Of a stretch of 64,000 bases of DNA, positions 19,387 through 30,095 are shown piece by piece. Source of the stretch: Deferribacterales bacterium. Lineage in GTDB: Bacteria > Chrysiogenota > Deferribacteres > Deferribacterales > Geovibrionaceae. The DNA lies in the NCBI GenBank assembly GCA_050253075.1, contig JBFWJS010000003.1, positions 149,458 to 213,457 of the forward strand, written 5' to 3'. How positions within the stretch are numbered: the stretch's first letter is position 1; each line of letters starts with the position of its first letter. The notes beneath the pieces were generated by a model, which did not search any database, was not told where the DNA came from, and saw nothing but the letters and a program-made list of their open reading frames with translations. Both the position numbers and the translations under genes were made by a program.

Positions 19387-21756
19387 TTAGCGGAGCTGTG
19401 CTCCGTATTCTTTTGTCATGTTCTCTATCATCTTCTGAAGTATACCGTTGGTCTCTTCGTCTGTGAGTGTTCTGTCCTCAGCGGTGAAGAGCACACGGAA
19501 AGTACGGCTGGCTTTGCCCGCCTCGATTCCTGTGCCTGTGTATACGTCAAAGAGGAAAGCATCCTCTGCGATAGGGCTTGTTGCCATTATGCACTCTATC
19601 AGCTTTTCTGTAGGAGTAGCCATGTCCACCACTACGGATATGTCTTTATAGACGGACGGGAACTTGCTGAATGACGCAAATTTGTATGTGAAAGCAGCGG
19701 CATTCACGAAGTCTTCCATGTCTATCTCAAAGAGTGTCACACGCTCACGTATGTCTGCGTCTTCCGCTTTGGAAGGGTGCAGCTCGCCGATGAAGCCGAT
19801 AGATTTACCGTTCACAATCACCTCGGCAGATTTACCGGGATGGAGGAAGGCTCTCTCTGATTTTACGAATGTAGCTTTAACCTTGTACTGATCGAGGAGG
19901 TTCTCGAGAACTCCCTTCATCATGTAGAAAGGCTCTGTCCCCTTTGGAGCTGCCCAGCCCATAGGCCAGTATTCACCTGCGGATGCACAGGCTAGCTTCA
20001 TGCGCTGTTCGGGGAGTTTCTCACCTGTTTTAACGAAGTTAGAGGCAAATTCGAAGAATCTGACCTGCTTGAATCCGTTGTTCAGGTTGTATCTGATAGT
20101 CGCCAGTACGCCTGGGAAAACCTGTGGGCGCATGGTGTTCATATCTTCGGAAATAGGGTTAAGCAGTTTGACAAACTTTGATTCGTCGTCGAACAGCTTG
20201 AGGAACTCGTCCTTCATGAAGGAGTAGTTCACGGCCTCGTTGAAGCCGAGTGTCTTCAGCTTCTGCGCCATTACCTTGCGTGTGGCAAGGAGCGGCTGCA
20301 TAGGCATAGAGTCTGCGTTTATCTTCGGCAGAGTAGTAGGGATGTTGTTGTATCCGTACATTCTGGCTATCTCTTCTGCTATGTCCTGACGTGTGCAGAT
20401 GTCCACTCTGTATGACGGAGCTGTTATCGTTATGTCACGTCCGTTTACCACAGGCTGAAGTGCCAGCCCGCCGAGTATCTCGATCATCTGCTCGAGTGAT
20501 ACGTCTGTGCCGAGATAGCTGTTTATCCAGTCTGCATTCACAGTGAAGGATACCTTCGCAGGTTCGCTGTATTCGCCGAGCACGCCTTTGCATACCTTTC
20601 CGCCGCAGAGCTCCTGAAGCAGATAGGCTGCGTATTCACACATTTCTTTGGTGTTTACGGGGTCAATGCCTCTCTCATATCTGTATGAGGCGTCTGTCTG
20701 CATGCCGAGCTTTCTGGCTGTCATGCGTGTCTGTTTCGGCTCGAAGTATGCACACTCGAGGAAAACGTCTTTTGTATCTTTGCTGATGCCCGAGTGCTCA
20801 CCGCCCATGACGCCTGCCACAGCGAGTGATTTCTTCTCGTCTGTGATGAGGAGCATGCTGTCGTTGAACTCACGCTCTTTTTCGTCGAGGGTGAGGAGTT
20901 TTTCGCCGTTTTCAGCGTTACGCACGATTATCTTACCGTCGATCTCTTTCAGGTCGAAAGTGTGCAGGGGCTGACCGTATTCGAAAAGCACATAGTTTGT
21001 GATGTCTACGACGTTGCTGATGGGGCGCACGCCCACTGCACGCAGTCTGTTCTGCATCCAGAGCGGCGAAGGCTTGATAATAACGTCTTTGATAACACGT
21101 CCGAGGTATGTCGGACATGCTGTTTTATTCTTTATCTCGACTCCGCCGTAGTTCACTACTGCGTCGTCTGTTTCGTTTATGGTGAATTCGTTCTTTTTCA
21201 GCTCACGTCCGTAGAGTGCCGCCACTTCACGGGCATAGCCTATGATGCTGAGGCAGTCTGCACGGTTTGGCGTGATGCCTATCTCGAGTACTGTGTCGGG
21301 CAGTCCGAACAGCTCGTTAACGGGTGTGCCCGCCTCGAGGCTGTCGTCGAGTATCATGATACCGCCGTGGTCTTCGGAAAGACCGATCTCGTCCTCGGCA
21401 CATATCATACCGAAGGATTCAAGACCGCGTATCTTTGCTTTTTTGATTTTGAAATCGCCTGGCAGTACTGCGCCTACTTTGGCGAAAACGACTGTCTGGC
21501 CTGCGGCTACGTTCGGCGCACCGCATACAACCTGCCATGTTTCCTCACCGTCGAATACTTTTGTGAGGGAGAGCTTATCGGCATCAGGGTGCTTTCCGCA
21601 TTCCATGACCTTAGCCACGACAACGTTATCCAGAGCGCTGAGGTGCTCAACAGCATCGACTTCAAGACCGCACATCGTCAGCTTTTCAGCTATATCTTTA
21701 GGGTCGAGGTCTGATACTTCTACGAATTTATTTAACCAGTTTAAACTTACTTTCAT
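19387..21756 (-). CDS. pheT: phenylalanine--tRNA ligase beta subunit
   Basis: MKVSLNWL, HPDADKL, VVCGAPN, TPNRADCLS, FDX-ACB C-terminus. Confidence 0.98.
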   Translation of the reverse strand: MKVSLNWLNKFVEVSDLDPKDIAEKLTMCGLEVDAVEHLSALDNVVVAKVMECGKHPDADKLSLTKVFDGEETWQVVCGAPNVAAGQTVVFAKVGAVLPGDFKIKKAKIRGLESFGMICAEDEIGLSEDHGGIMILDDSLEAGTPVNELFGLPDTVLEIGITPNRADCLSIIGYAREVAALYGRELKKNEFTINETDDAVVNYGGVEIKNKTACPTYLGRVIKDVIIKPSPLWMQNRLRAVGVRPISNVVDITNYVLFEYGQPLHTFDLKEIDGKIIVRNAENGEKLLTLDEKEREFNDSMLLITDEKKSLAVAGVMGGEHSGISKDTKDVFLECAYFEPKQTRMTARKLGMQTDASYRYERGIDPVNTKEMCEYAAYLLQELCGGKVCKGVLGEYSEPAKVSFTVNADWINSYLGTDVSLEQMIEILGGLALQPVVNGRDITITAPSYRVDICTRQDIAEEIARMYGYNNIPTTLPKINADSMPMQPLLATRKVMAQKLKTLGFNEAVNYSFMKDEFLKLFDDESKFVKLLNPISEDMNTMRPQVFPGVLATIRYNLNNGFKQVRFFEFASNFVKTGEKLPEQRMKLACASAGEYWPMGWAAPKGTEPFYMMKGVLENLLDQYKVKATFVKSERAFLHPGKSAEVIVNGKSIGFIGELHPSKAEDADIRERVTLFEIDMEDFVNAAAFTYKFASFSKFPSVYKDISVVVDMATPTEKLIECIMATSPIAEDAFLFDVYTGTGIEAGKASRTFRVLFTAEDRTLTDEETNGILQKMIENMTKEYGAQLR

Positions 21757-21768
21757 TTCATATCCCCC

Positions 21769-22782
21769 TTAGAACTGCCTTAAGAATTTCAGGTGGTTTT
21801 CAAAGAAAGAGCGGAGGTCGCCTATGCCGTATTTCAGCATTGCGATACGCTCGATACCCATTCCGAAGGCAAATCCGGAGTAAACACCGGGCTCGTATCC
21901 CGCATGGCGGTAGAGCTCGTCGTTACACATACCGGAGCCGAGGATCTCTATCCAGCCTGTGCCCTTACACACACGGCATCCCGACCCGCCGCATATGGTA
22001 CATCCCATGTCTACCTCAGCCGAAGGCTCGGTGAAAGGGAAGAAGCTAGGACGGAAACGTACCGGTACGTTAGAGCCGAACATGCTCTGTATGAAGTGTG
22101 TCAGCGTACCTTTAAGGTCTGCGAATGTGACGTTTTTATCGACAAGGAGACCCTCAACCTGATGGAACATAGGTGTGTGGGTGATGTCGTAGTCGCATCT
22201 GTAAACCTTGCCCGGTGCGATGATCTTTATCGGAGGAGTTTTGCTCTCCATCACTCTCGCCTGAACGGGGGAGGTGTGTGTACGGAGCAGAACGTCGTCA
22301 GATATATAGAATGTATCCTGCATGTCTCTCGCAGGGTGCTCCTGCGGGATGTTCAGCATTTCAAAGTTGTAAAGGTCGAGCTCGACCTCTGGGCCGACAG
22401 CCACTTCGAAGCCCATAGAGCCGAAGATGTCTGCTATTTCATAATATATAGACATGATAGGGTGCTGAGAGCCTGTGTGCATAGGGAAGCCTTCCATTGT
22501 GATGTCGAGGGCTTCATTCACGAGCTTTGCGTCCATTTCGGATTTCGCCAGTTCGCTCTCTTTTTCAGCAAACAGAGCTTCAAATCCGTTTCTCAGTTCG
22601 CCTATCTTCATTCCGAATTCTTTTTTATCCTCGTTGGCCACGTCTTTGAGCTGTTTGCTCATTCCGCTGATCAGACCCTTTTTACCGAGGTATTTTACTT
22701 TGACCTGATAAAGTTCGTCAGAGGTCTTTGCGGAGGCTATCTCCTGCTCGTACCCCTTGATACTGCTGATATCTAATTCCAC
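21769..22782 (-). CDS. pheS: phenylalanine--tRNA ligase alpha subunit
   Basis: HPARDMQDTF, LRTHTS, FFPFTEPS, GFAFGMGIER. Confidence 0.98.
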   Translation of the reverse strand: MELDISSIKGYEQEIASAKTSDELYQVKVKYLGKKGLISGMSKQLKDVANEDKKEFGMKIGELRNGFEALFAEKESELAKSEMDAKLVNEALDITMEGFPMHTGSQHPIMSIYYEIADIFGSMGFEVAVGPEVELDLYNFEMLNIPQEHPARDMQDTFYISDDVLLRTHTSPVQARVMESKTPPIKIIAPGKVYRCDYDITHTPMFHQVEGLLVDKNVTFADLKGTLTHFIQSMFGSNVPVRFRPSFFPFTEPSAEVDMGCTICGGSGCRVCKGTGWIEILGSGMCNDELYRHAGYEPGVYSGFAFGMGIERIAMLKYGIGDLRSFFENHLKFLRQF

Positions 22783-22944
22783 TGTAAACTCCGTGAATTA
22801 ATGATTTTCTGAATATAACGTTTTACTTGAATAGACGTACAGTTTCAACAGCAAATATAAGGTCAACAGGTATTAGAGGATAAAATAATAAGATTTATAG
22901 AGGGCAGGGCGGCTGCCTGCCCTATTAGTTATGATGTTTTGTGT

Positions 22945-23487
22945 TTACAGCATCTGTAAAAGCTTTTCGGCGTGCTCTTCAGCTCTCTTGGCAATGTCGT
23001 CTTTATCGCCTCGAATACCGGGGATATAGCCAACATCGTAGGAGACCAGAGCTTCATATTTCATCCCTGTCATCTTTGCCGACTGCTCCATATGTTTCAG
23101 TAAAAGCTCTATTTTGAATGTATCGTCATTTTCTGTTGTATATGCTATTTCTGGAGCGCCTGTTGTCGTAGATATGATGAGCCTTTTTCCGTGAAGTTTT
23201 GTCCCTGTGGAACCGTGGGCAAAGCCGTATGTTAAGACTTCGTCCATCCATTCTTTTAAAATACCGGGAACCGAATACCAGAAAAATGGAAACTGGAAAA
23301 CAACATTGTCAGCCTCCAGCAGGGCTTTCTGTTCTGCTTCGACATCAATTTTAAAATCTGGATAGAGAGCTTTGATGTCTCTTACGGACACGTTCGGGGC
23401 TGTTTTCAGCTTAGAGATAATAGCCCTGTTTGCAATAGATTCATCATTGAGACTTGGGTGACCGGATATTACCAGTGTCTTAGCCAT
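22945..23487 (-). CDS. NAD(P)H-dependent oxidoreductase, flavodoxin-2 family (KefF/MdaB-like)
   Basis: GHP, DVEAEQ, FQFPFFWYSVPGILKEWMD. Confidence 0.9.
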   Translation of the reverse strand: MAKTLVISGHPSLNDESIANRAIISKLKTAPNVSVRDIKALYPDFKIDVEAEQKALLEADNVVFQFPFFWYSVPGILKEWMDEVLTYGFAHGSTGTKLHGKRLIISTTTGAPEIAYTTENDDTFKIELLLKHMEQSAKMTGMKYEALVSYDVGYIPGIRGDKDDIAKRAEEHAEKLLQML

Positions 23488-23534
23488 TAGTTCTACTCCT
23501 TTGCATGCGCATGCATGCGTTATAGCAAAATTTT

Positions 23535-23972
23535 TTATTTAGAGTTGAGCTTTTCGTCAGCTCTCCTTACTGCTGCTGTTAAAATGTCTGATTCTTCCTG
23601 TCCGAGTATTTCTACATAGTCTTTATAGGTGTCTCTCCAGGCAGATTTTACTTCTAGTATGAACTCTTTGCATTTTTCAGTTGCGGACACGACTGCCAGT
23701 TTTCCTTCCTGAGATTTTTCAAGATAGCCTTCACGTACCATACCGTCTACGAACCTGCTGACGGTGGATTGTGCCAGATGAAGGTGCTCTCCAAGTTCTT
23801 TCTGTGATATCCCCGGTTTTTCTATAGCAAGCATAAGCAGGAATCCTTCAGATGGGCATATTCCTACCTTACTGAAGTTTTTATCGGTCAGTCTGGTTAT
23901 GCTTCTCGCTAACGAGTTCACTGAGAAGAACAGGCAGTTACTAAAGTAATGTTGGAGGTCTAAGTTTTTCAT
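23535..23972 (-). CDS. MarR family transcriptional regulator
   Basis: GISQKELGEHLHLAQSTVSRFVD wHTH; start uncertain (23972 or 23981). Confidence 0.88.
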   Translation of the reverse strand: MKNLDLQHYFSNCLFFSVNSLARSITRLTDKNFSKVGICPSEGFLLMLAIEKPGISQKELGEHLHLAQSTVSRFVDGMVREGYLEKSQEGKLAVVSATEKCKEFILEVKSAWRDTYKDYVEILGQEESDILTAAVRRADEKLNSK

Positions 23973-24300
23973 ATCTTCCATGTATGTGCATACATAAGGC
24001 AGCTTTAGAAAAAACACAAGCATTTTTTAAAAAAAGATTATGGAGTTTTTGTATAGATTGCCCGCCTGTTTTTTGCCTAAATGGAGCTAAATGTGGATTA
24101 GAGGCGGATTTAAGCATTTTGCTTTATACCGAATGTCCCTTTTTACTAACGTTTTAAGGGGGATGTAAGGGAAATATGAATTCACATCTCCATACTATCT
24201 GCACAATTAAGACAAAATCTCCTTAATTGCCAATATCTTAAGGGATGCTTTTTATTTCCGATATGACATGCAGGCAAAGAATGCTGACAAGGAGGTCGAC

Positions 24301-24732
24301 ATGAGTATTTCATCAATAGGTATGTCCTATTCAACGTTGCAGCAAACTTCCGCGTTGACCATAAAAGGTCAGGAAAGCGCAACTAACGAAGAAAAGTCCT
24401 CAAGCTCCGTTACCAGTACGGGCAATATGGACACAGTCACCCTGACAGAGGAAGCCTCTCAGGATTATAAGATAGGCAGTGATACTGTTTCAAAATCTGA
24501 ATTTGACCAGTATGACACAGACGGTGACGGAGAGATAAGCGCATCCGAACAGGCCGCTTATGAAGCTGACCAGGCCGATGCCGCTTCTGAAGAGGATTCT
24601 GATCTCGCTCTCATAGAGTCTCTTGAAGAAGATCAGGACGAAGACGAAGAAGAGTCTGCTGCTATGTATTCCCCATACGGGAGCATGAGCGTCAGAGGAG
24701 AATCAGGAGCTTCTGTTAACGCAACAGCTTAG
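24301..24732 (+). CDS. small acidic EF-hand protein
   Basis: SD GGAGG; DTDGDGEISASE EF-hand loop; Ser/Thr-rich N-terminus MSISSIG. Confidence 0.75.
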   Translation: MSISSIGMSYSTLQQTSALTIKGQESATNEEKSSSSVTSTGNMDTVTLTEEASQDYKIGSDTVSKSEFDQYDTDGDGEISASEQAAYEADQADAASEEDSDLALIESLEEDQDEDEEESAAMYSPYGSMSVRGESGASVNATA

Positions 24733-24805
24733 AACTGATACCATTTGATCCTGTCAAAGTTTAAGAAAGGGGGCAAGCAGCCAGCCCCCTTTTTTATATC
24801 TATTA

Positions 24806-25258
24806 CTACTTATTCAGCTTTTCAGCGACCAGCTTATCCAGAGCGAATTTACCGCCGCCGCTTATAGCCACTGCCAGAGCAAGTCCCACTGCGAGGATAT
24901 GGTATTCATAGCCTTCACCCTGCTGTGTGCCGAACCAGTTCATGAAGAAGCCGTTTGGCAGGTGTACCATCAGAGCACCTATGCCCACTGTTACGCCCAC
25001 GCCTATCGCAGCCAGCCTTGTGAAGAGGCCTGCTATGACTGCAGCTGCGCCCAGTGACTCGGCCAGCACAGCGAGCAGTGCGAATATATACGGTATGCCC
25101 ATCTGCTGTGTGAAGAAGCCCATAGTACCTTCGAATCCGAATCCGCCGAACCATCCGAAAACTTTCTGGAGTCCGTGGGGGAGGATAACTATGCCTAGTG
25201 TCAGTCTTGCCACTAAAGCTGCGTATGAATCTTTTGTTTCAAATATCTTTCTTATCAT
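24806..25258 (-). CDS. DoxX family membrane protein
   Basis: RLTLG...HGLQK...GYEYHIL...GGGKFALD. Confidence 0.92.
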   Translation of the reverse strand: MIRKIFETKDSYAALVARLTLGIVILPHGLQKVFGWFGGFGFEGTMGFFTQQMGIPYIFALLAVLAESLGAAAVIAGLFTRLAAIGVGVTVGIGALMVHLPNGFFMNWFGTQQGEGYEYHILAVGLALAVAISGGGKFALDKLVAEKLNK

Positions 25259-25445
25259 TTTATATCTCCTTAAAACATCTAGTTAGATTTAATCTCTGAA
25301 ACTAAATCTAATTAGATATAAATTTTATGCAAGAGGTAATTTTGAAAAAGTTTAGATTTTTATATTGCGTGGCATCTATATCTAGCTAGATTATTGATAT
25401 AGGGGCTTTGCCCGAGTGGTTCATTATTATTATACGGAGAACAAA

Positions 25446-26033
25446 ATGAAGAAAATCTTATTCAGCATAATAGCTTTGGCTATGTTTACGACAGTTGCCA
25501 CGGCATCAGAGTGGGATATCGATCCCGATCATTCTAATACATATTTCAGCGTAAAGCACATGATGATAGCGGATGTGCACGGAATGTTTCCTAATGTGGA
25601 AGGGAAGGTTACCATCGATGATGCAGACATCACAAAGTCTAAGGTAGACGTTGTCATAGGCGTTAACTCCCTTGATACAGGGGTGGAAGCTAGGGATAAG
25701 CATCTGCGAACCCCTGATTTTTTCGACCTTGAGAACTTTCCCGTTATGAGATTCACATCTACAAAGGTTATACAAAAGCCTGACGGCGGACTCACCGTCG
25801 AGGGTAAACTCACCATCAGAGGTAATACGAGCCCCGTCACTCTGGACGTTGCTGAACTTTCAGAGGTCATAACAGACCCGTGGGGGAATAAGCGCAGAGG
25901 TATCAAAGCCACAACAAAGCTGAACAGATACGACTTCGGCGTTTCATGGAGCGGAAAGCTGCCTAACGGAGCAGACCTTGTCGGCAGTGAGATAAACATC
26001 ACCATAGATGCCGAGGTGATCGAGCATAAATAA
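25446..26033 (+). CDS. YceI family periplasmic protein
   Basis: Signal peptide, WDIDPDHS, RDKHLRTPDFFD, DPWG. Confidence 0.93.
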   Translation: MKKILFSIIALAMFTTVATASEWDIDPDHSNTYFSVKHMMIADVHGMFPNVEGKVTIDDADITKSKVDVVIGVNSLDTGVEARDKHLRTPDFFDLENFPVMRFTSTKVIQKPDGGLTVEGKLTIRGNTSPVTLDVAELSEVITDPWGNKRRGIKATTKLNRYDFGVSWSGKLPNGADLVGSEINITIDAEVIEHK

Positions 26034-26066
26034 ACCATTTAAAGCGGTTCTTCGGAGCCGCTTTTT

Positions 26067-26807
26067 TTATATCATCAGTTTTAAAATTAGTATTGTTCCC
26101 ATGACTAAAAGGAAGTATAGCACTGTCTTTTTATGTGCCGACACAGACATTCTCTGCTGTATGCGCCCGCCTATATAAACAGCACCTAATACAGGGATGA
26201 GCCCGAGTATTGCGGTGATTATCATGTGGGGCTGTATGAATCCGAGCTTCTTCATTCCTATCAGCACGACGAAGCTGGCCATTGTGAAATATATATTTAT
26301 CGACTGTATGAAGAGCTTCTTATCCATATCAAGTGCCAGCAGAAAGGGAAGGGAAGGCATAACCTGTGAGCCTGTGAGACCGTTTACAAACCCTGTGCAG
26401 AATCCTGCAGGGATCTTTAATAGCATTTCAGCTTTTTCAGAGAGTATCGAGTCGTGCTTCGTAAGTGCATATCCTGCATAAGATATCAGTATTATACCCA
26501 GAGCAGCCTTTGCTATCTGCACATTTATAAGAGCTAGTACGGATATGCCGAGAATAAGCCCCGGGATGCTCGCAAGGTATAACGGGTAAAACCGCCTGAC
26601 TGCCTCACGGAAATGTCCTGCCTGTATCATTACCGATATGTTGCTGACGATGGACGGGATTATCACCAGAGGTATAGCTATCTTCAGATCCAGCCTGAGC
26701 GCCATAATAGGAAGACACGAAGTTGAAAAGCCAACGCCCGTGAGACCTTTTATCAAGCCTGCTACAGCGTACGCCGTGAAAATTATAATATAATCTGCTT
26801 CGCTCAT
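26067..26807 (-). CDS. TauE/SafE family exporter
   Basis: Multi-TM, AGLIKGLTGVGF and GFVNGLTG repeats. Confidence 0.85.
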   Translation of the reverse strand: MSEADYIIIFTAYAVAGLIKGLTGVGFSTSCLPIMALRLDLKIAIPLVIIPSIVSNISVMIQAGHFREAVRRFYPLYLASIPGLILGISVLALINVQIAKAALGIILISYAGYALTKHDSILSEKAEMLLKIPAGFCTGFVNGLTGSQVMPSLPFLLALDMDKKLFIQSINIYFTMASFVVLIGMKKLGFIQPHMIITAILGLIPVLGAVYIGGRIQQRMSVSAHKKTVLYFLLVMGTILILKLMI

Positions 26808-26886
26808 GTTGTTGTATGTATGAAATTAGATGATTTGGTTTGTAACAAAAAAGGCGACCCGTAAGAGTCGCCTTTGATGGTTTTGA

Positions 26887-27234
26887 TTAGCCTTTTACCT
26901 GCTGGCAGAGTTGCTCGAACTCTGCAGGGGCGTTAATAGCCATATCGGAGAGGACCTTTCTATCCGCTTCGATACCTTTCGCTTTCAGACCGCCGATGAA
27001 GGCGCTGTATGAAAGGCCGTGCTGACGAACAGCAGCGTTGATACGGATGATCCACAGCTTTCTGTAGTCGCGCTTTTTCTGCTTACGACCAACATAAGCT
27101 GTCTCCAGAGATCTCTCGACCTGTTCACGAACCTTTTTATAAACGGTTCTAGTCTGACCTCTGTTACCTTTGGCTTTTTTCAGCCACTCGTTTCTTCTTC
27201 TGCGGGTTTTATACCCACCTTTAGCTCTTGGCAT
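26887..27234 (-). CDS. rplT: 50S ribosomal protein L20
   Basis: [19 protein letters not shown]. Confidence 0.98.
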   Translation of the reverse strand: MPRAKGGYKTRRRRNEWLKKAKGNRGQTRTVYKKVREQVERSLETAYVGRKQKKRDYRKLWIIRINAAVRQHGLSYSAFIGGLKAKGIEADRKVLSDMAINAPAEFEQLCQQVKG

Positions 27235-27251
27235 TTCTTACTCCTTCTTTC

Positions 27252-27449
27252 TTACGCGTACGGCATCATTTTTTTGATGGTGGCCGCGTCTTGACCTTGA
27301 AGGATGCTAGGGTGGCGTAAATCGCGCTTGCGCTTAGAGGACTTAGAGGTGAGTATGTGCCTCAGTCCGCTTTTCTTCGCTTTTACTTTTCCGCTTCCAG
27401 TGATTTTAAATCTCTTAGCGGAACCCTTATGGGTTTTCATTTTCGGCAT
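27252..27449 (-). CDS. rpmI: 50S ribosomal protein L35
   Basis: MPKMKTHKGSAKRF. Confidence 0.98.
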   Translation of the reverse strand: MPKMKTHKGSAKRFKITGSGKVKAKKSGLRHILTSKSSKRKRDLRHPSILQGQDAATIKKMMPYA

Positions 27450-27465
27450 TCGAAAACTCCTTAAA

Positions 27466-28023
27466 TTAGTTTCCAGCAGTGTTAACAGGTGATACCATCA
27501 TAACCTGCTGGCGACCCTGCATCTCGGGTTTTTTATCAACAATACCGATTCCCTCGATATCGTTTTTTATTCTATCAAGTAATTCCATTCCCATTTCCTG
27601 GAACATCATCTCTCGTCCGCGATAGCGAAGGACAACCTTCACTTTGTCGCCGCTGGTGAGGAACTTTTTAACGTTCTTCATCTTAACTTCGTAGTCATGC
27701 TCTTCGATCTTGGGTCTGAATTTAACTTCTTTTGTGTCGACCTGATTGGCTCGCTGTTTCTTGCGTGCCTCACGGTCTTTCTTATTCTTTTCAAACTTGA
27801 ACTTACTATAGTCCATGACCCTGCATACGGGCGGTTTTGCTGTTGGAGCGATCTCCACCAGATCAAGACCGGCTTGATCAGCCAGGGAACGTGCTTCTGA
27901 AATACTGCATATCCCGTGCTGTGATCCGTCATCCAATATCAGCCTTACCTCTTTATGAGGTATCTCTTCGTTTATCCTCTCCTTGTCCTCTTTGACAGGG
28001 GGTGCGAATTTACCGCCTCTTAT
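27466..28023 (-). CDS. infC: translation initiation factor IF-3 (probable ATA start)
   Basis: RINEEI...VRLI, LDLVEI, PPVCRVMDY, KEVKFRP; GGAGG 6 nt before in-frame ATA at 28023. Confidence 0.95.
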   Translation of the reverse strand: MRGGKFAPPVKEDKERINEEIPHKEVRLILDDGSQHGICSISEARSLADQAGLDLVEIAPTAKPPVCRVMDYSKFKFEKNKKDREARKKQRANQVDTKEVKFRPKIEEHDYEVKMKNVKKFLTSGDKVKVVLRYRGREMMFQEMGMELLDRIKNDIEGIGIVDKKPEMQGRQQVMMVSPVNTAGN

Positions 28024-28026
28024 AGG

Positions 28027-29940
28027 TCACCTCCACAATTCAAGCGTCTTATTTTTGTCAAGCTCTGTTAATACACCAAGATAGGTGGAAAAATCAAGCT
28101 CATTTTTATTTTCTCCGTTACGAAGTCTAACAGAAACCAGATTATTATCAACCTCGTTCTGTCCAATGATCAGCATATGTGGAATTTTCTCCATCTGTGC
28201 TTCACGGATTTTGAATCCCATTTTTTCGTTGCGCAGGTCGGAATCCACTCTGAATCCCGCAGCCTTCAGTTTACGCTCGAGCTCCTTGCAATAGTCCGCC
28301 TGTGCGTCTGTGACGTTGATAACGCGAACCTGCTTTGGTGCTATCCATATAGGGAAAGCACCTGCGAAGTGCTCTGTGAGAACCCCGATGAACCTGTCGA
28401 CAGAACCGAGGATAACCCTGTGGAGCATAACAGGTCTGTGCTTTTGTCCGTCCTCGCCGATGTAGTTGAGGTCAAATTTTTCAGGAAGGTTGAAATCCGC
28501 CTGAATTGTAGCACACTGCCAGTAGCGTCCGATAGCATCTTTCAGTTTGATGTCGATCTTAGGTCCATAGAATGCGCCGTCGCCTTCGTTTATCTCATAG
28601 TCGAGACCTCTCGCTTTAAGAGCCTCAAAGAGTGCGTTTGTCGCTTTTTCCCAGTTTTCGTCGGAGCCGATGTATTTCTCAGGCTTTGTGGATATCTCAA
28701 TTTCGTATGTGAAGTTGAAAATGCCCATGATGTCGTCGACAAAGTTTATGATGCCGATGATCTCGTCCTGAAGCTGTTCCGGTGTGCATAATATGTGTGC
28801 ATCGTCCTGTGTGAATGCACGCACACGGAGCAGACCGTGGAGAACGCCTGATTTTTCGTGTCTGTGTACTGTGCCCAGCTCAAAGTATCGCTGAGGCAGG
28901 TCACGATAGCTGCGTATCTCAGAGTTGAAAACCATCATGTGCGCAAGGCAGTTCATAGGTTTCACGCCGAAGTCAACGTCGTCTATCTTCGTGAAGTACA
29001 TGTTTTCACGGTAGTTGTCATAGTGGCCGGATTTTTTCCACAGATCCTGCTTGAGTATCTGCGGGCCGTATACTATGTCGTATCCGCGTTTAATGTGCTC
29101 TTCCTTCTCGAATGTCTCGAGAACGTTGCGGAGAGCGCCGCCGTTAGGCAGATATATAGGGAATCCCGCACCGGCTTCTTCGCTGAATGTGAAGAGCTTG
29201 AGCTGTTTACCAATCTTACGGTGGTCACGCTTCTCAGCTTCTTCGAGCATATTGAGGTAGTTGTCGAGATCCTCTTTTGTTGTCCAGCTTGTGCCATAGA
29301 TACGCTGGAGCATTTTATTCTTTTCGTCGCCTCGCCAGTATGCACCCGCCACGGAGAGCAGCTTAAAGTGCTTAATGCGCTTTGTGTTGTCCACGTGAGG
29401 TCCACGGCAGAGGTCTGTGAAGTCGCCCTGATCGTAAAGGGATACGGACTCTGCACCGATGTCTGTTATCAGCTCGACCTTGTATTTCTCATCTGCGAAT
29501 TCTTTAAGGGCATCCGCACTGGAGATGTCTCTGCGTGTGACAGGGATAGCCTCGGAGGCGATCTTTGCCATCATCTTTTCGATAGCTTTCAGGTCGTCCG
29601 GGGTGAATTTTCTGTCGCCCATGTCAAAGTCGTAGTAAAAGCCGTCTTTGATAACGGGGCCTATTGTCACTTTCACGTCTTCAAAAAGTCTCTTTACGGC
29701 ATGCGCCATAAGGTGTGCCGTTGAGTGTCTTATGATGTCCAGAGCTTCGGGGTCCTGCTCCGTTATTATTTTTATGGTATCGCCGTCTTTAAGCACGGCT
29801 GTTATATCTTTTGGTTCGCCGTTGATCTCTGCTGCGATAGCTTTCTTTGCGAGACCCACGCTTATCTGTTTCGCTACGTCGTATCCTGTTGCGCCGTCCT
29901 GTACGTCCAGCTTGGCGCCGTCGGGAAGTAAAATGTTCAT
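28027..29940 (-). CDS. thrS: threonine--tRNA ligase
   Basis: [29 protein letters not shown]; start reset to MNILLPDG. Confidence 0.98.
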   Translation of the reverse strand: MNILLPDGAKLDVQDGATGYDVAKQISVGLAKKAIAAEINGEPKDITAVLKDGDTIKIITEQDPEALDIIRHSTAHLMAHAVKRLFEDVKVTIGPVIKDGFYYDFDMGDRKFTPDDLKAIEKMMAKIASEAIPVTRRDISSADALKEFADEKYKVELITDIGAESVSLYDQGDFTDLCRGPHVDNTKRIKHFKLLSVAGAYWRGDEKNKMLQRIYGTSWTTKEDLDNYLNMLEEAEKRDHRKIGKQLKLFTFSEEAGAGFPIYLPNGGALRNVLETFEKEEHIKRGYDIVYGPQILKQDLWKKSGHYDNYRENMYFTKIDDVDFGVKPMNCLAHMMVFNSEIRSYRDLPQRYFELGTVHRHEKSGVLHGLLRVRAFTQDDAHILCTPEQLQDEIIGIINFVDDIMGIFNFTYEIEISTKPEKYIGSDENWEKATNALFEALKARGLDYEINEGDGAFYGPKIDIKLKDAIGRYWQCATIQADFNLPEKFDLNYIGEDGQKHRPVMLHRVILGSVDRFIGVLTEHFAGAFPIWIAPKQVRVINVTDAQADYCKELERKLKAAGFRVDSDLRNEKMGFKIREAQMEKIPHMLIIGQNEVDNNLVSVRLRNGENKNELDFSTYLGVLTELDKNKTLELWR

Positions 29941-30095
29941 TTGCACGCTCCCAATGGAATTTGTGAACCATAGAATATACTTGTGTACCATGTTTTTGTC
30001 AAGGTATATGGCGGGTAAATTTGCCTGAAAACCTTATTTGTCTAGGGGCTTTTGGACGACATGAAAAAAAGTTGAAAAAAATTTAAAAAACCTGC

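Noticed and set aside
20962..22776. Long plus-strand ORFs (250 and 327 aa) opposite pheT/pheS, and similar ones opposite thrS and purL
   Set aside because: Antisense shadows caused by codon bias in conserved genes.
22783..22944. PheM-type attenuator or T-box upstream of pheS
   Set aside because: No Phe-rich leader ORF or T-box motif seen.
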